DNA from: Thermoplasmata archaeon
Lineage (GTDB): Archaea; Thermoplasmatota; Thermoplasmata; Lutacidiplasmatales; UBA184
DNA length: 48,805 nucleotides
Direction of reading: 5' to 3'
Assembly: GCA_030038895.1 (NCBI GenBank)
Contig: JASHQX010000163.1
Location: 1 to 48,805 of the forward strand
Below, piece by piece: positions 6,346 through 16,475 of the stretch (position 1 is the stretch's first letter; each line of letters opens with the position of its first letter). Made by a program: the position numbers and the translations under genes. Below the pieces are notes generated by a model that was not told where the DNA came from, made no database searches, and saw only the letters and a list, made by a program, of their open reading frames with translations.

Positions 6346-7125
6346 CTATCGTCCTGCGAACGTGGGTGTGCGCTTCTCGAAGAACGCCCGAATTCCCTCC
6401 TTGTAATCCTCGCTATCGTAAATCTGCCGACGAATCGCCTGAAGGCGCTCGAACGTACCGGCGCTCAGAGGCCGGGCGGCGGCTAGCTCTCGGAGCTCCT
6501 GCTTGAGCAACGAGATGACAAGGGGAGAGTTCCGACCGATGTCGGCGGCGACCTCCGAAAGTGCCGCATCGAGCGCAGCGGCCGGAACGACGCGATTCAC
6601 CACCCCCGCTTGAAGCGCCCGTTCCGCCGATATCGGCTGGGCGCCGAAGAGCATCTCCTTGATGAGAACCATGCTCACAGACTGCATCAGATTCAGGACG
6701 CCGACGACGTCGTACGGCAGTCCAATCCTCGCCGGGGTGATCGCGAACGTGGCGGAGTCCGCCGCAAGGACCATGTCGCAGGCGGTGATCAGCTCGAACG
6801 CGCCTCCCCAAACCCCGCCTTCCACGAGCGCGATCACTGGCCCGGGGAATTCCTGAACCTGACGAATCAAACTCCGCATCGGGTCGCCGTAGGTGAGAGG
6901 GTCCCTGCCTCCCTTTGGCAGCTCGCGGACATCGTGTCCCGAGGACCACGTCTTCGCTCCCGCGCGAGCACGAATGACCACCAACCTCACACGGTGTTCC
7001 TGCAGCTGGCCCAGCCCTTTGGCGAGCTCCCCCACCAGAGCAGAACTCAACGCGTTCCGGGTGGCGGGGTCATTCAGGGTGAGGGTTCCAGTTCCTCTGC
7101 TTTCCGAGATTTCGACAAGGGCCAT
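6346..7125 (-). CDS. scpB: Methylmalonyl-CoA decarboxylase-like enoyl-CoA hydratase/isomerase family protein
   Basis: Close motif match to E. coli YgfG/ScpB: SSGHDVRELPKGGRDPLTYGDPMR, EGGVWGGAFE, IYDSEDYKEGIRAFFEKRTPTF. Start set at the internal ATG 7123-7125 (MALVEIS..). Confidence 0.8.
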   Translation of the reverse strand: MALVEISESRGTGTLTLNDPATRNALSSALVGELAKGLGQLQEHRVRLVVIRARAGAKTWSSGHDVRELPKGGRDPLTYGDPMRSLIRQVQEFPGPVIALVEGGVWGGAFELITACDMVLAADSATFAITPARIGLPYDVVGVLNLMQSVSMVLIKEMLFGAQPISAERALQAGVVNRVVPAAALDAALSEVAADIGRNSPLVISLLKQELRELAAARPLSAGTFERLQAIRRQIYDSEDYKEGIRAFFEKRTPTFAGR

Positions 7126-7646
7126 GGCGAGCAAGAATGCAATTCCTGCCATAAGCGGCGCCCAACTCGTCGCTCGATGGGCAACGGGTGCCCCTCTCCG
7201 CAACAGGTGATCCCTCGCAAAAGGCGGATTCGTCATTTCAACGGGCTGCGGCTGAGGGAAATGAGCATGAGGGTCGGGAGTCCCCCCCGGAGCGCAGAAA
7301 CGGTTGGCTCCGATCGTTTCGGTGGAGGACCGAGCGACCTCGGAGTACGAGGACTCGGCTAGCCGGGCGAACGAGCGCTATAAAGCCGTCTCAGGGGCCC
7401 AACCGAATCACCTTTCGCTCGGTACATTCGGATTTAGTGGCAGAACTTCTCGTGTCAACTCGGTTTGAGGCGACCGCCTCGCACCCTCAGACCCGGGAGG
7501 AGGAGCGTGATGGTCGCAAGCACTCGGACGGGCTAGTCCTCCGGCGCACCGGCTTTCACCTCGCCGCCGCCCGTTTCACTCTCCACCCTGTCCAGAGACT
7601 TCACTCTCGGGCTCGGAGGAGACCGACCGCCTCTTTGGGCATGGGT

Positions 7647-8393
7647 TCATCCGGGCGTCGTCACGCTGGCGTGTGCAAGCTTTTCTTCGACCAACGCGAG
7701 AGACCGGGAGACAGCCGACTTCGATCGGCCGAGTTTCTTGGCGAACGCAGTGAGTGTTATTCGGCGAGGGACGTCAAAATATCCATCCGCGAGCGCCTGA
7801 TGCAAGAGGGCGTATTCCCGAGACGTGAGACTGGGTGGGCAAGCAGACAGCCGGGCGCGGCCGAACCTGACGACCTTTACGCCGTGAGCGATCTTCCCGA
7901 GGTCCTCAATAAGCCGCCGTAACTGGGAGATCGTTGCGGCGACCTCCACCGTGTGCACCCCGTCGCGGACGATTCGGGGGTACCGAAGAAGAGCTCCCAA
8001 TCGACGCGTGAGGTCGACGTAGTCGGGACGCACATTGATGACCATTTGATACCGGGACCTCGGTCCGACCGGAGTAAGCAGGATAACTGATACCACGCCC
8101 GGTTCGTGAGCAATCTCCTGTGTGAAGTCCCGGGGGGCAGACGTGGTAATCTCGAACTCGACAATGAATCGGTCCGGGGGTAGTTGCTGAATCGCAGTCA
8201 TGCTTACTGCGATCTCGGGGTGGGAACGAGACAAGTCCCTCAGTGGCAAGTCTTGAACGGTTTCGAAGCGGAGCCGAACGATTGCGAAGCGATCCTGTTC
8301 TTGGGGTGAAAAGCGGGCGCCTCCGAGGATGGAGATCTCTTCGGCATCCGGAACCTTACGACCATGCGATCGATCGAACGGAAGCTCGACCAC
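7647..8393 (-). CDS. HTH_10 (bacterio-opsin activator-type) transcriptional regulator
   Basis: C-terminal region LTSREYALLHQALADGYFDVPRRITLTAFAKKLGRSKSAVSRSLALVEEKL. GTG start at 8391-8393. Confidence 0.75.
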   Translation of the reverse strand: MVELPFDRSHGRKVPDAEEISILGGARFSPQEQDRFAIVRLRFETVQDLPLRDLSRSHPEIAVSMTAIQQLPPDRFIVEFEITTSAPRDFTQEIAHEPGVVSVILLTPVGPRSRYQMVINVRPDYVDLTRRLGALLRYPRIVRDGVHTVEVAATISQLRRLIEDLGKIAHGVKVVRFGRARLSACPPSLTSREYALLHQALADGYFDVPRRITLTAFAKKLGRSKSAVSRSLALVEEKLAHASVTTPG

Positions 8394-8718
8394 GGACGCT
8401 GGGGGTACCCGGCGATACGGACACGCCGCCTAAAGATTGGCATCGGCGCAGGGGTACGACAAGCGACCGAGGGCGGCGACTAAATCCTCGACCTGTGCCG
8501 ACGACTTACGTGGCCCTGCAGCCAATTGACCGTAGTCACTTTCACAGAGTCCAAACCCGCCCTGGACTGAATTCCCCTTGTCCACTCCTTCCCCCGAACG
8601 TCCTCGGTCGAAGCGAGCGGGGAAACGCGCCGCATGCGACCACCTCGAAAACGTCGTCCGGGCGATGGTCCTCATTCAACCGCATCCGGAGATAGTAAAG
8701 GGCCGGACCTGCTAGTCC

Positions 8719-9015
8719 TTGAGGATGGATTCACCCAAAGTCGAGCGCGTGCACCGATACCGGCTCGGGGCCGGGACGTTGGTTTGGGCGGCGGTCACCT
8801 TGGGTATCGCACTCGTTCTTGCCGGGTTCTTCCGCGGAACCTACCTTGCGGTCGTCGGTGAGTTGCTGGTCGTTCTGGGCGCTCTCCGGCCGTGGCCCTT
8901 CGACCTCGTCCCGGGGGAGGTGATTGCGGCGCGATTGGGGGACCGGGATCGCTTGGCTCGAGCCTGGGCGGGTCAGTCACATTCTCCCTCGGGACCCTCG
9001 CCACCGGCCCGGTGA
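8719..9015 (+). CDS. Small two-TM membrane protein (hypothetical)
   Basis: TM segments LVWAAVTLGIALVLAGFF and LAVVGELLVVLGAL. No recognisable family. Confidence 0.35.
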   Translation: MRMDSPKVERVHRYRLGAGTLVWAAVTLGIALVLAGFFRGTYLAVVGELLVVLGALRPWPFDLVPGEVIAARLGDRDRLARAWAGQSHSPSGPSPPAR

Positions 9016-9107
9016 TAGGTCGGGACTGCTGACGCAATGACCGCCAGATTCACCGACCGATTCAGGAAAGTATTGTCGCCGGACCGCGAGTCGTTTCGGA
9101 GGAACCG

Positions 9108-10199
9108 ATGGCGTCCACTCTAGCGCGGATCCGCCGGGTGATTGCTGCCGTCCCTCGTGGGAAGGTCATCACGTACGGCCATGCCGCCGCGGCCGCCGGC
9201 TTCCCCGGGGCGCCGCGCCTCACCGTCCGGGCGCTCCAGAACGCCGAGGGACTTCCGTGGCACCGTGTGGTGGGCGCAGGGGGCCGCATTGCGCTGCCAG
9301 GAGAGGACGGACGAGAACAGCGGCTGCGGCTGAAGATGGAAGGGGTCACCTTCCGCGGAAATCGAGTCCGAATGGACCTCCACGACTGGGTCCCGAAAGC
9401 GCGCAGAGGTACTGAACACCCTGCTTCTCGTCCCTCGGTGAGAGTTACCAGATATAGGGACAGGTACGGTTCTCCGCCGAACTCTCTCTTGACCGACGAA
9501 TGGGTGGAGTGGCACCAGAGATACTCGAACGACCGACTTCTGGTCGAACGCCTCGAAGAGGTACGCCGACAGATCCGAAAGGCGTTGGATGGCAGCCCCC
9601 CCGGTTCGATCCGAGCGATCAGCATGTGCTCGGGGGACGGGCGCGACCTTCTCGGGGTCCTCGCCGATCACCGGCGGGCGAACGACGTCTCGGCGCGGTT
9701 CGTGGATCTCAGTCCGGAGCTCGTCGCCGCCGGTCGCGAGCAGATTCGACGTCTGCGACTTCCCCGAGCGGAGTTCGTGCTGGGGGATGCGGGGACGACG
9801 ACCGCATATGCGGGAGCGGTTCCGGCGAACCTGGTCCTTGCCTGCGGCGTCTTCGGTAACATCCGCAACGAGGACATACGGAGGACCATCGATACCCTTC
9901 CCGAGCTCTGCGCCCGAGATGCGACGGTAGTCTGGACGCGCGGCACGTTCGAGCCGGACCTCACCCCGGCCATTCGGGACTGGTTTCGGGACGCGGGCTT
10001 CACCGAAATTTCGTTCCGCAGGATCCCGGGAACAACCGCATCAGTCGGGACTCATCGTCTTACAAAACGCGCACGGCGGTTCCGTAGCGGGGTGCGCCTG
10101 TTCACGTTCCTTCCGAGGAACGAGCGGCCGTCCTCCCGTGCGGCTCGGACCCGGAGCGAAAGCTCGTCCATCGGCCCGCGTCGGCAGATTCCCCCCTAG
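9108..10199 (+). CDS. Alkyltransferase-like (ATL, Cys-less MGMT DNA-binding domain) fused to a class I SAM-dependent methyltransferase
   Basis: N-terminal region VPRGKVITYGHAAAAAGFPGAPRLTVRAL..GLPWHRVVGAGGRI, with PWHRV replacing PCHRV. C-terminal region ISMCSGDGRDLL..FVDLSPELV..VLACGVFGNI, a Rossmann methyltransferase pattern. Confidence 0.7.
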   Translation: MASTLARIRRVIAAVPRGKVITYGHAAAAAGFPGAPRLTVRALQNAEGLPWHRVVGAGGRIALPGEDGREQRLRLKMEGVTFRGNRVRMDLHDWVPKARRGTEHPASRPSVRVTRYRDRYGSPPNSLLTDEWVEWHQRYSNDRLLVERLEEVRRQIRKALDGSPPGSIRAISMCSGDGRDLLGVLADHRRANDVSARFVDLSPELVAAGREQIRRLRLPRAEFVLGDAGTTTAYAGAVPANLVLACGVFGNIRNEDIRRTIDTLPELCARDATVVWTRGTFEPDLTPAIRDWFRDAGFTEISFRRIPGTTASVGTHRLTKRARRFRSGVRLFTFLPRNERPSSRAARTRSESSSIGPRRQIPP

Positions 10200-10240
10200 T
10201 CCCCCAGGAGGGGGTGGAGCCGGTACGAGCGAAGCCTTGA

Positions 10241-11014
10241 ATGGGTCTCCACCCGTCCTCGAAGAGGATGGACCGGGGGCTGGTTAAGGCCTATCGGACA
10301 GCCGAAGATTACCAGCGGTACGTCGTGGGGAATCCGGACCGAACCCGTGCGCTAACGGAATTCTACCAACGACACCGCCGACACTTCGGTCGCAGCATCC
10401 TAGACCTGGCGTGTGGCGGAGGGATCCTTGGTTCGGTCCTTGAACCGACGGGAAGGCGCTACCTCGGCATCGATTTCAACCACGACATGATCCGCGAAGC
10501 GCGAAACGCGGCCGCCGCGCGTGGGTCTCGTCAGCGGTTCCTGCTGGGCGACGCCGTGAGCGCCCGCATTCCGGGCCAGTTCGATACGCTTACTCTGCTT
10601 GGGAATGCGCTGGGGCATCTCACCGCCTCCGATATGGATACGCTCCTCCGGCATCGCGCAGCCAACGCAAAAGAGGGGAGCACGTTCCTGATCGACTACC
10701 GTGACGTGGTCGGGATGTTCTGGCGGGGAAGCTGGAGCCATGGTCCCTATATCGAGACCCACAAGCGTGGCAAGACCGTGCATCGGACCCGAAGAGTCGA
10801 CCTTCGCCGAGGCGTGATCCTCATTCGGGCCCGCTCGGCCTCCCGGAAATGGTCGGTGGATCTCACGCACACGATATGGTCGCCCTTCATTCTCGAGGCT
10901 GTGATGCGCGCGCGAGGGTGGAAGCTCATCCGCCGCTCGCTTGGACGCCCGGGACCGGGCGCTCGACCGACAATCGATTACTGGGAGGACGTGTACCGAT
11001 TCACCGGCGCGTGA
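10241..11014 (+). CDS. Class I SAM-dependent methyltransferase
   Basis: Motif I ILDLACGGGILG, then YLGIDFNHDMI and TLTLLGNALGHL. Confidence 0.75.
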   Translation: MGLHPSSKRMDRGLVKAYRTAEDYQRYVVGNPDRTRALTEFYQRHRRHFGRSILDLACGGGILGSVLEPTGRRYLGIDFNHDMIREARNAAAARGSRQRFLLGDAVSARIPGQFDTLTLLGNALGHLTASDMDTLLRHRAANAKEGSTFLIDYRDVVGMFWRGSWSHGPYIETHKRGKTVHRTRRVDLRRGVILIRARSASRKWSVDLTHTIWSPFILEAVMRARGWKLIRRSLGRPGPGARPTIDYWEDVYRFTGA

Positions 11015-11110
11015 CGCGGGAGAGGCCGGTCGGACGGAAGCCGATCCGTGGGTTCGATTTCGAAAAACTCAAACCTTGGGTTCTTTTCCTCGAGAATTGG
11101 AGACCCGCAA

Positions 11111-11917
11111 ATGGTGGAGCAGGAAGTCAAGATTCCAAGCCAAGGCCGAGAGCTGGACTGTTACATTGCGTATCCGCCTCGACGGGCCGGGAAGTCTCCG
11201 GCCCTTGTGGTGATCCACGAGATATTCGGACCGGAGGCCCACATCCGTGGCGTCGCCCGGCGGTTCGCGGCGGAGGGGTACGTCAGCGCAGCCCCGAACC
11301 TGTTTACGGGTGAACTCCAGCGTCTCCTGACCCCACAGAACATCGCCTACGCGATGCAGGCGTTCGCCCAGGCTCCGCCGGACCTACGCCGAAACCCGGC
11401 GAAGCTTGCCGAGTTCGCCGCCTCTCAACCTGCGGAACGGAGACCGGTCTTGGAAGCGTTCGGAAAGATCTCGACTCCCCCCGTCCAGGCGAGCTTTGCG
11501 CAGGACCTGAAGGCGGTCACCCGGTACCTTGCCACGCTCCCGGAGGTGGCGGCGGATCGGATCGGATCGGTGGGGTTCTGCTTTGGGGGCGCGATGTCCG
11601 GCCGGCTTGCGACGGTCGACCCCGATCTCCGCGCGGCGGTCATCTTCTACGGACAGAACCCGCCCCTTGCGGACGTGCCCCGGATCCGCGCGAGGGTCCT
11701 CGGTCTCTATGGGAGCGAGGACCCGGGGATCACGAGTACCGTCCCCGAGCTCGCCGAGGCGATGCGCCAGGCTGGCAACCGCTTCGACTATCACGTCTAC
11801 CCCGGCGCCAAGCACGCGTTCTTCAACGACACTCGGCCGAACTACCACAAGGAGAGCGCCGAGGACGCCTGGAACCGGGTGACGCGGTTCTTCGCGGAGA
11901 CGCTCGGGTCGGCCTGA
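11111..11917 (+). CDS. Dienelactone hydrolase family protein
   Basis: PALVVIHEIFG, nucleophile elbow VGFCFGG, and C-terminal GAKHAFFND. ATG at 11111 preferred over GTG at 11048. Confidence 0.8.
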   Translation: MVEQEVKIPSQGRELDCYIAYPPRRAGKSPALVVIHEIFGPEAHIRGVARRFAAEGYVSAAPNLFTGELQRLLTPQNIAYAMQAFAQAPPDLRRNPAKLAEFAASQPAERRPVLEAFGKISTPPVQASFAQDLKAVTRYLATLPEVAADRIGSVGFCFGGAMSGRLATVDPDLRAAVIFYGQNPPLADVPRIRARVLGLYGSEDPGITSTVPELAEAMRQAGNRFDYHVYPGAKHAFFNDTRPNYHKESAEDAWNRVTRFFAETLGSA

Positions 11918-11944
11918 CTCGCGACGCGTTCAGACCGCCTGGTC

Positions 11945-12415
11945 CTAAGCGCCGGCGACCGTCACTTCCACGATCCGCACCGGCGTCCGGGGTCGATCAT
12001 TCTGATCGCGCGGGACGGCCGCGATCTTCTCGACGACCTCCTGCCCGGAACGGACCCGGCCGAACACCGCGTGCTTACGGTCGAGCCATGGGGTCGGCGC
12101 GAGGGTGATGAAGAACTGGCTGCCACCGGTATTCGGCCCCCGGTTTGCCATCGACAGGACTCCGGGCCCGTCGTGTCGCAGGGTCGGATGGAACTCGTCC
12201 GAGATCTCGTAGCCCGGATCGCCTGTGCCGTCGCCCTTCGGGCAACCCCCCTGGATCATAAACCCGGGGATCACGCGGTGGAACGTGAGGCCGGTGTAGA
12301 ATCCCTTTCGGGTGAGCGTGACGAAGTTCTCGACCGTCTTCGGCGCACGGTCTCGGAAGAGCTCAATGCGGATGTCGCCCAGGGTCGTGCGGAGCGTTGC
12401 GGTGGGGTTCGCCAT
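11945..12415 (-). CDS. Cyclophilin-type peptidyl-prolyl cis-trans isomerase
   Basis: [45 protein letters not shown] at 12413-12415. Confidence 0.9.
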   Translation of the reverse strand: MANPTATLRTTLGDIRIELFRDRAPKTVENFVTLTRKGFYTGLTFHRVIPGFMIQGGCPKGDGTGDPGYEISDEFHPTLRHDGPGVLSMANRGPNTGGSQFFITLAPTPWLDRKHAVFGRVRSGQEVVEKIAAVPRDQNDRPRTPVRIVEVTVAGA

Positions 12416-12531
12416 GGCGTCGCCAGAAGTCGCGGGCGTAAAAGGGTCGGGGGCTCGCGACTCCTCCAACCGTTTTATGTGGAAGCAATCGGCTAATCGA
12501 AGACCGGACGGAGGGCGACGGGTCCCGTTCG

Positions 12532-13053
12532 ATGAACCGTTCGATCGTACTGGTGGGAGTAGGAATCATCCTCGCCGGACTCGCGCTGGTCGCATCGCCG
12601 ATCGTTCTGACGGGAACCGAGGTCTTCACGATTGAGCAAGAGGCGGGAATCTTCCTCACCCCGGTCGGCCTCCTCGTGATCATGATCGGCGCGGTCCAGG
12701 CCAACCCCGCGATCACCACGGTCGGGGGGACGTTCGGAAACCCGGACATGACCCCGAAGCGGCCGGCGGCCCAGCCGTCAGCGACGGTCATCCGGACCAC
12801 CCCGCTCGGGTACAATCCACGCGAGCCAGTGAACTGCCGGCACTGCGGCTCGGTGATCACGTTCGACCTCGCCTTCTGCCCGAGGTGCGCCCGCCCCCGC
12901 GAGTGTCGCGGATGCGGGCGACCATTGGGGATGGCGGAGGACCGGACCGATTGTCCAGGGTGTCACCGGGTCGAGGCGTTCTGCAACTGCCCGCGCCTCG
13001 CCCGTCCGCGAGGAGCCTACACCTCGACGACGGTTCGGACCCGCCGTTCCTAG
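12532..13053 (+). CDS. Membrane protein with a C-terminal multi-CxxC zinc-ribbon tail
   Basis: Two N-terminal TM segments, then CRHCGS..CPRC..CRGCG..CPGC. Confidence 0.6.
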   Translation: MNRSIVLVGVGIILAGLALVASPIVLTGTEVFTIEQEAGIFLTPVGLLVIMIGAVQANPAITTVGGTFGNPDMTPKRPAAQPSATVIRTTPLGYNPREPVNCRHCGSVITFDLAFCPRCARPRECRGCGRPLGMAEDRTDCPGCHRVEAFCNCPRLARPRGAYTSTTVRTRRS

Positions 13054-13063
13054 GGGGCGGTTT

Positions 13064-13606
13064 GTGGAAGACCGGGACCTACCGCGCGGCGTGGCGACCG
13101 TGAGCGGCCCGGTCACCGTCCATTTTGACGGGGCGTGCGAGCCCCCGCGAGGGGGAGGGATCGCCACCTTCGGCTTCCATCTCGAGGGGGGTGGTTTCCT
13201 CCACGAGGACCGCGGACTCGCGGTCGCCCCGAAGTCGCCCCACTCGACGAACAACGTTGCAGAGTACTCGGGTGCGATCCACGCGCTTGCGTGGTTGGCG
13301 GCTCACGGCTACGCCGGTCCGGTTCGCCTATTCGGGGATAGCCAGCTCGTGATCCGCCAGATGAAAGGGGAGTACGAGGTCCGGGCGGAGCACCTCAAGG
13401 CCTACCACCACCACCTTTCCCAACTGGCCGCCCGGTTCGAGCGAGTGGAGTACGAGTGGGTCCCCCGCGAATCGAACGCCCGGGCCGATGCTCTCTCGAA
13501 ACAGGCGCTGCGCGAGGCGATGGCCGACCTCGGTAGGCGGGTGGTGGGTCGCCGTACCAAAGAAGTCTCGAACGACTCCAGTCAAGACGAATCGCAGGAT
13601 CCCTAG
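13064..13606 (+). CDS. rnhA: Ribonuclease HI
   Basis: FDGAC..GGGIATFGF, NNVAEYSGAIHAL, FGDSQLVIRQMKGEY, WVPRESNARADALS. GTG start is tentative. Confidence 0.8.
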   Translation: MEDRDLPRGVATVSGPVTVHFDGACEPPRGGGIATFGFHLEGGGFLHEDRGLAVAPKSPHSTNNVAEYSGAIHALAWLAAHGYAGPVRLFGDSQLVIRQMKGEYEVRAEHLKAYHHHLSQLAARFERVEYEWVPRESNARADALSKQALREAMADLGRRVVGRRTKEVSNDSSQDESQDP

Positions 13607-14156
13607 CTCCAGCGTACGGTGTAGATCAGAGTTCGACCCTCGATCGCCGCCCGGGCACGAGCGGAGTCGACGTACGTCGCGAACGCCGCGGCCGCCTCCG
13701 GCGAGAGCTTCGGTCGAACCCCGTAGCCCCGCGGGCTGCCCTCCCCCAAGACCGGGGGGACCAATGGAGCGAGGATTACCGTAGGCGGCAGGGAGGGTTT
13801 CCGGCCCTCGCTCGCGCTCACGAATCCTCGCCGAACGTAGGAAAGCGACCCGTGAGATGGCCGACTACACAGGGCAGTACCGCCAGCGGGCAAGCCGGAG
13901 CGTCGAACGAAACGAGATCGAGCGGTGCCGCCGCGAGCGATGTCGGCCGCTCGTATCCGTCCGACATGGTATCCCAACGGTTGTCAGACGTACGTCATAC
14001 ATAAAGACGCATCCTCGATTGGAAATACGGGCACGGGGTTTCTTACCCGACAGAAGCCGATGGCGGACATCCGGCAGACCCGGTCGAGTCCCCAATGGTC
14101 GTGAGCCCCTTCTTATGGGGGCGACTCGGCTCTTCTTCCCCGAGGGAAGGGACTGA

Positions 14157-15890
14157 ATGGACGAACCGGAGATCGCTCCCGGTCCATTTCTCGAGGCGGC
14201 CGAGGCGCGACTCCTCGAGACCTCCACGGATGCGAACCGGGCGGACTGGGTCTATCAGACTCACATCACGGAGGATACCGAGCAGCTGTCCGCGCGGGCC
14301 CTGGCTCGGCTGATTGCCGAGACGACCGATCTCGCGAGACGGTCGACTCACTTCCGTTCCGAAGATCTCTCCCCAGTCGAGTCGCGGAAGTTCCGACTGC
14401 TCCGGCTCTCCCTTCCGCTCGTCGCACCGGGCGACCCACACGACTCCGAGGAGCTGACCCGAAGAACGATCGCCATGTCAAGCACCTTCGCAAGGGGCCG
14501 GTACGCCCCCCACGGAACTTCCGATCCGCTCGATCTCCAGGCCCTCTCCCGAATTCTCGAGGAAAACCGAAATCCGACGGTCCTCGAGGATGTCTGGACC
14601 GGCTGGCACCGGATCGGTCGCGCGATCCGACCGGATTTCCAGCGGTATGTCGAGCTCGCGAACCGCGGTGCCCGCGAGCTCGGATTCTCTGACCTGGGCG
14701 CGATGTGGCGATCGAAGTACGATATGCCACCGGACGAGTTCGCCCGCGAAACCGACCGGCTCTGGAAGGACGTCGAACCCCTCTACCGATCCCTCCACGC
14801 CTATGTCCGGCGGAGACTCCGAGAGGCGTACGGCCCGGACCGGGTTCCCGACAAAGAGCCGATCCCGGCGTACCTTCTCGGCAACATGTGGGCTCAGTCG
14901 TGGGAGGCGATCCTGCCGTGGCTCGCCCGCGACTTGGGGGAACCCACCTACGACCTGACCCAGCTATTGCGCGACCACCACGTTAGCCCCGCCGAGATAG
15001 TCCGGTTCGGGGAACGGTTCTTCGTCTCGATCGGGTTCGACCCGCTGCCGACCACGTTCTGGACCCGGTCGATGTTCACACGTCCGGCGGGCCGGGACGT
15101 GGTCTGCCACGCGAGCGCGTGGGACGTCGATTTCGACGACGATCTTCGCCTGAAGATGTGCCTAGAGATCACGGGCGAGGACTTCATGGTCGTCCACCAC
15201 GAGCTCGGCCACAACTACTACCAGCGGGCGTACCGTCGCCAACCATTCCTCTTCCGCGAGAGCGCTCATGACGGTTTTCACGAAGCCGTGGGGGACACGA
15301 TCGCGCTGTCGATCACTCCGGAGTACCTGAGGGAGATCGGGCTCCTCTCCGAGTCACCCGAGTCCGGAGGCGACATCGCCCTCCTGCTGCGGCGGGCACT
15401 CGAGAAGGTAGCCTTCCTCCCTTTCGGCCTCGTCGTCGATGAGTGGCGATGGCGCGTCTTCTCCGGCGAGGTGGGCCCGGCCGAGTACAATCGATCCTGG
15501 TGGGAGATGCGCGAGGCGCGGCAGGGTGTCGCGCCGCCCCCGGGCCGGGACGAGGTGGAGTTCGACGCGGGAGCGAAGTACCACGTGCCCGCGAACGTCC
15601 CCTACATGCGGTACTTTCTCGCGCACATCCTGCAGTTCCAATTCCACCAAGCCCTAGTCCGAGCAGCGGGCCTCTCTGGCCCTCTCCACCGTTCTTCAAT
15701 CTATGGTTCGGCCGCCGCCGGGGCCCGGCTCCGCGCGATGCTTGAGATGGGCGAGAGCCGCGAATGGCCCGACGCGCTCGAAACGCTCACCGGAAGCCGG
15801 CGGATGGACGCGGGGCCCCTCCTCGAGTATTTTGCTCCGCTCCGAAGGTGGTTGGACGAGCAGAATCGGGGTACGACGCTCGGTTGGTGA
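14157..15890 (+). CDS. M2 family (angiotensin-converting-enzyme-like) peptidyl-dipeptidase, no signal peptide
   Basis: HHELGHNYY zinc motif plus a downstream FHEAVGDTIALS third ligand. 577 aa. Confidence 0.8.
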   Translation: MDEPEIAPGPFLEAAEARLLETSTDANRADWVYQTHITEDTEQLSARALARLIAETTDLARRSTHFRSEDLSPVESRKFRLLRLSLPLVAPGDPHDSEELTRRTIAMSSTFARGRYAPHGTSDPLDLQALSRILEENRNPTVLEDVWTGWHRIGRAIRPDFQRYVELANRGARELGFSDLGAMWRSKYDMPPDEFARETDRLWKDVEPLYRSLHAYVRRRLREAYGPDRVPDKEPIPAYLLGNMWAQSWEAILPWLARDLGEPTYDLTQLLRDHHVSPAEIVRFGERFFVSIGFDPLPTTFWTRSMFTRPAGRDVVCHASAWDVDFDDDLRLKMCLEITGEDFMVVHHELGHNYYQRAYRRQPFLFRESAHDGFHEAVGDTIALSITPEYLREIGLLSESPESGGDIALLLRRALEKVAFLPFGLVVDEWRWRVFSGEVGPAEYNRSWWEMREARQGVAPPPGRDEVEFDAGAKYHVPANVPYMRYFLAHILQFQFHQALVRAAGLSGPLHRSSIYGSAAAGARLRAMLEMGESREWPDALETLTGSRRMDAGPLLEYFAPLRRWLDEQNRGTTLGW

Positions 15891-15985
15891 TCCAGAGCTC
15901 TTCCGGGGACTCTAGGCCCCCGGCCTTTGCTAGCGCGCGTGCTCCGACGACTGTAAGAACCTCGGGCGAGATAGTCTGACCGGCG

Positions 15986-16456
15986 ATGCTCCTTCTGCCG
16001 GGCGAGCGGACGATCCGGACCGCCTACGCCGTTCTTGGCGCCGAGTTCCGCCCGATCGGTGTTCGGGGTCCCGGGGTCCTTTATCTCACGAGCCAGCGAC
16101 TCGCGTTCGAGGCCCCCGCATCGCGCGGAAGGGTCCGCGACTACCTCAAGGGTCGCGACACCGAGCTTGTCGTCAGTCGCTCACTCCACGAGATCGTCAA
16201 CGCCACGGTCCGCCGAGGCCGAATCGGCCGACCATGGTTGGTCGTCCACGTACCGAACGGGCGGGTAGCGTTCGACGTCCTGGAGCCCGAGGCCTGGGTG
16301 GGTGCGATTGCCCAGGCGAAACGAGTGTTCGCACCGCCGACCAGCGAGGTGCCGACAATCATCGAGCGCCAGGTGGTCAAGATTCGCTGTCGGTACTGCG
16401 GCAGCCTTTCAAACGAGGTCGACGGGCGATGCCCGAACTGCGGCGCCGCGCTCTAA
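15986..16456 (+). CDS. PH/GRAM-like domain protein with a C-terminal zinc ribbon
   Basis: GVLYLTSQRLAFE..LVVHVPNGRVAFDV, then CRYCGS..CPNCG. Confidence 0.55.
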   Translation: MLLLPGERTIRTAYAVLGAEFRPIGVRGPGVLYLTSQRLAFEAPASRGRVRDYLKGRDTELVVSRSLHEIVNATVRRGRIGRPWLVVHVPNGRVAFDVLEPEAWVGAIAQAKRVFAPPTSEVPTIIERQVVKIRCRYCGSLSNEVDGRCPNCGAAL

Positions 16457-16475
16457 TGGCCCTCGGGTCCGTGGT

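Noticed and set aside
8430-8675. An 81-aa minus-strand ORF in the spacer after the HTH_10 regulator.
   Set aside because: It has no motif, its composition is unremarkable, and competing ORFs exist on both strands. It cannot be supported from sequence alone.
13603-13977. A 124-aa minus-strand ORF convergent with rnhA.
   Set aside because: Only the C-terminal 40 or so residues look protein-like. There is no motif, the start is uncertain (possibly GTG 13821), and the N-terminal half is R/G/S-rich. The evidence is insufficient.
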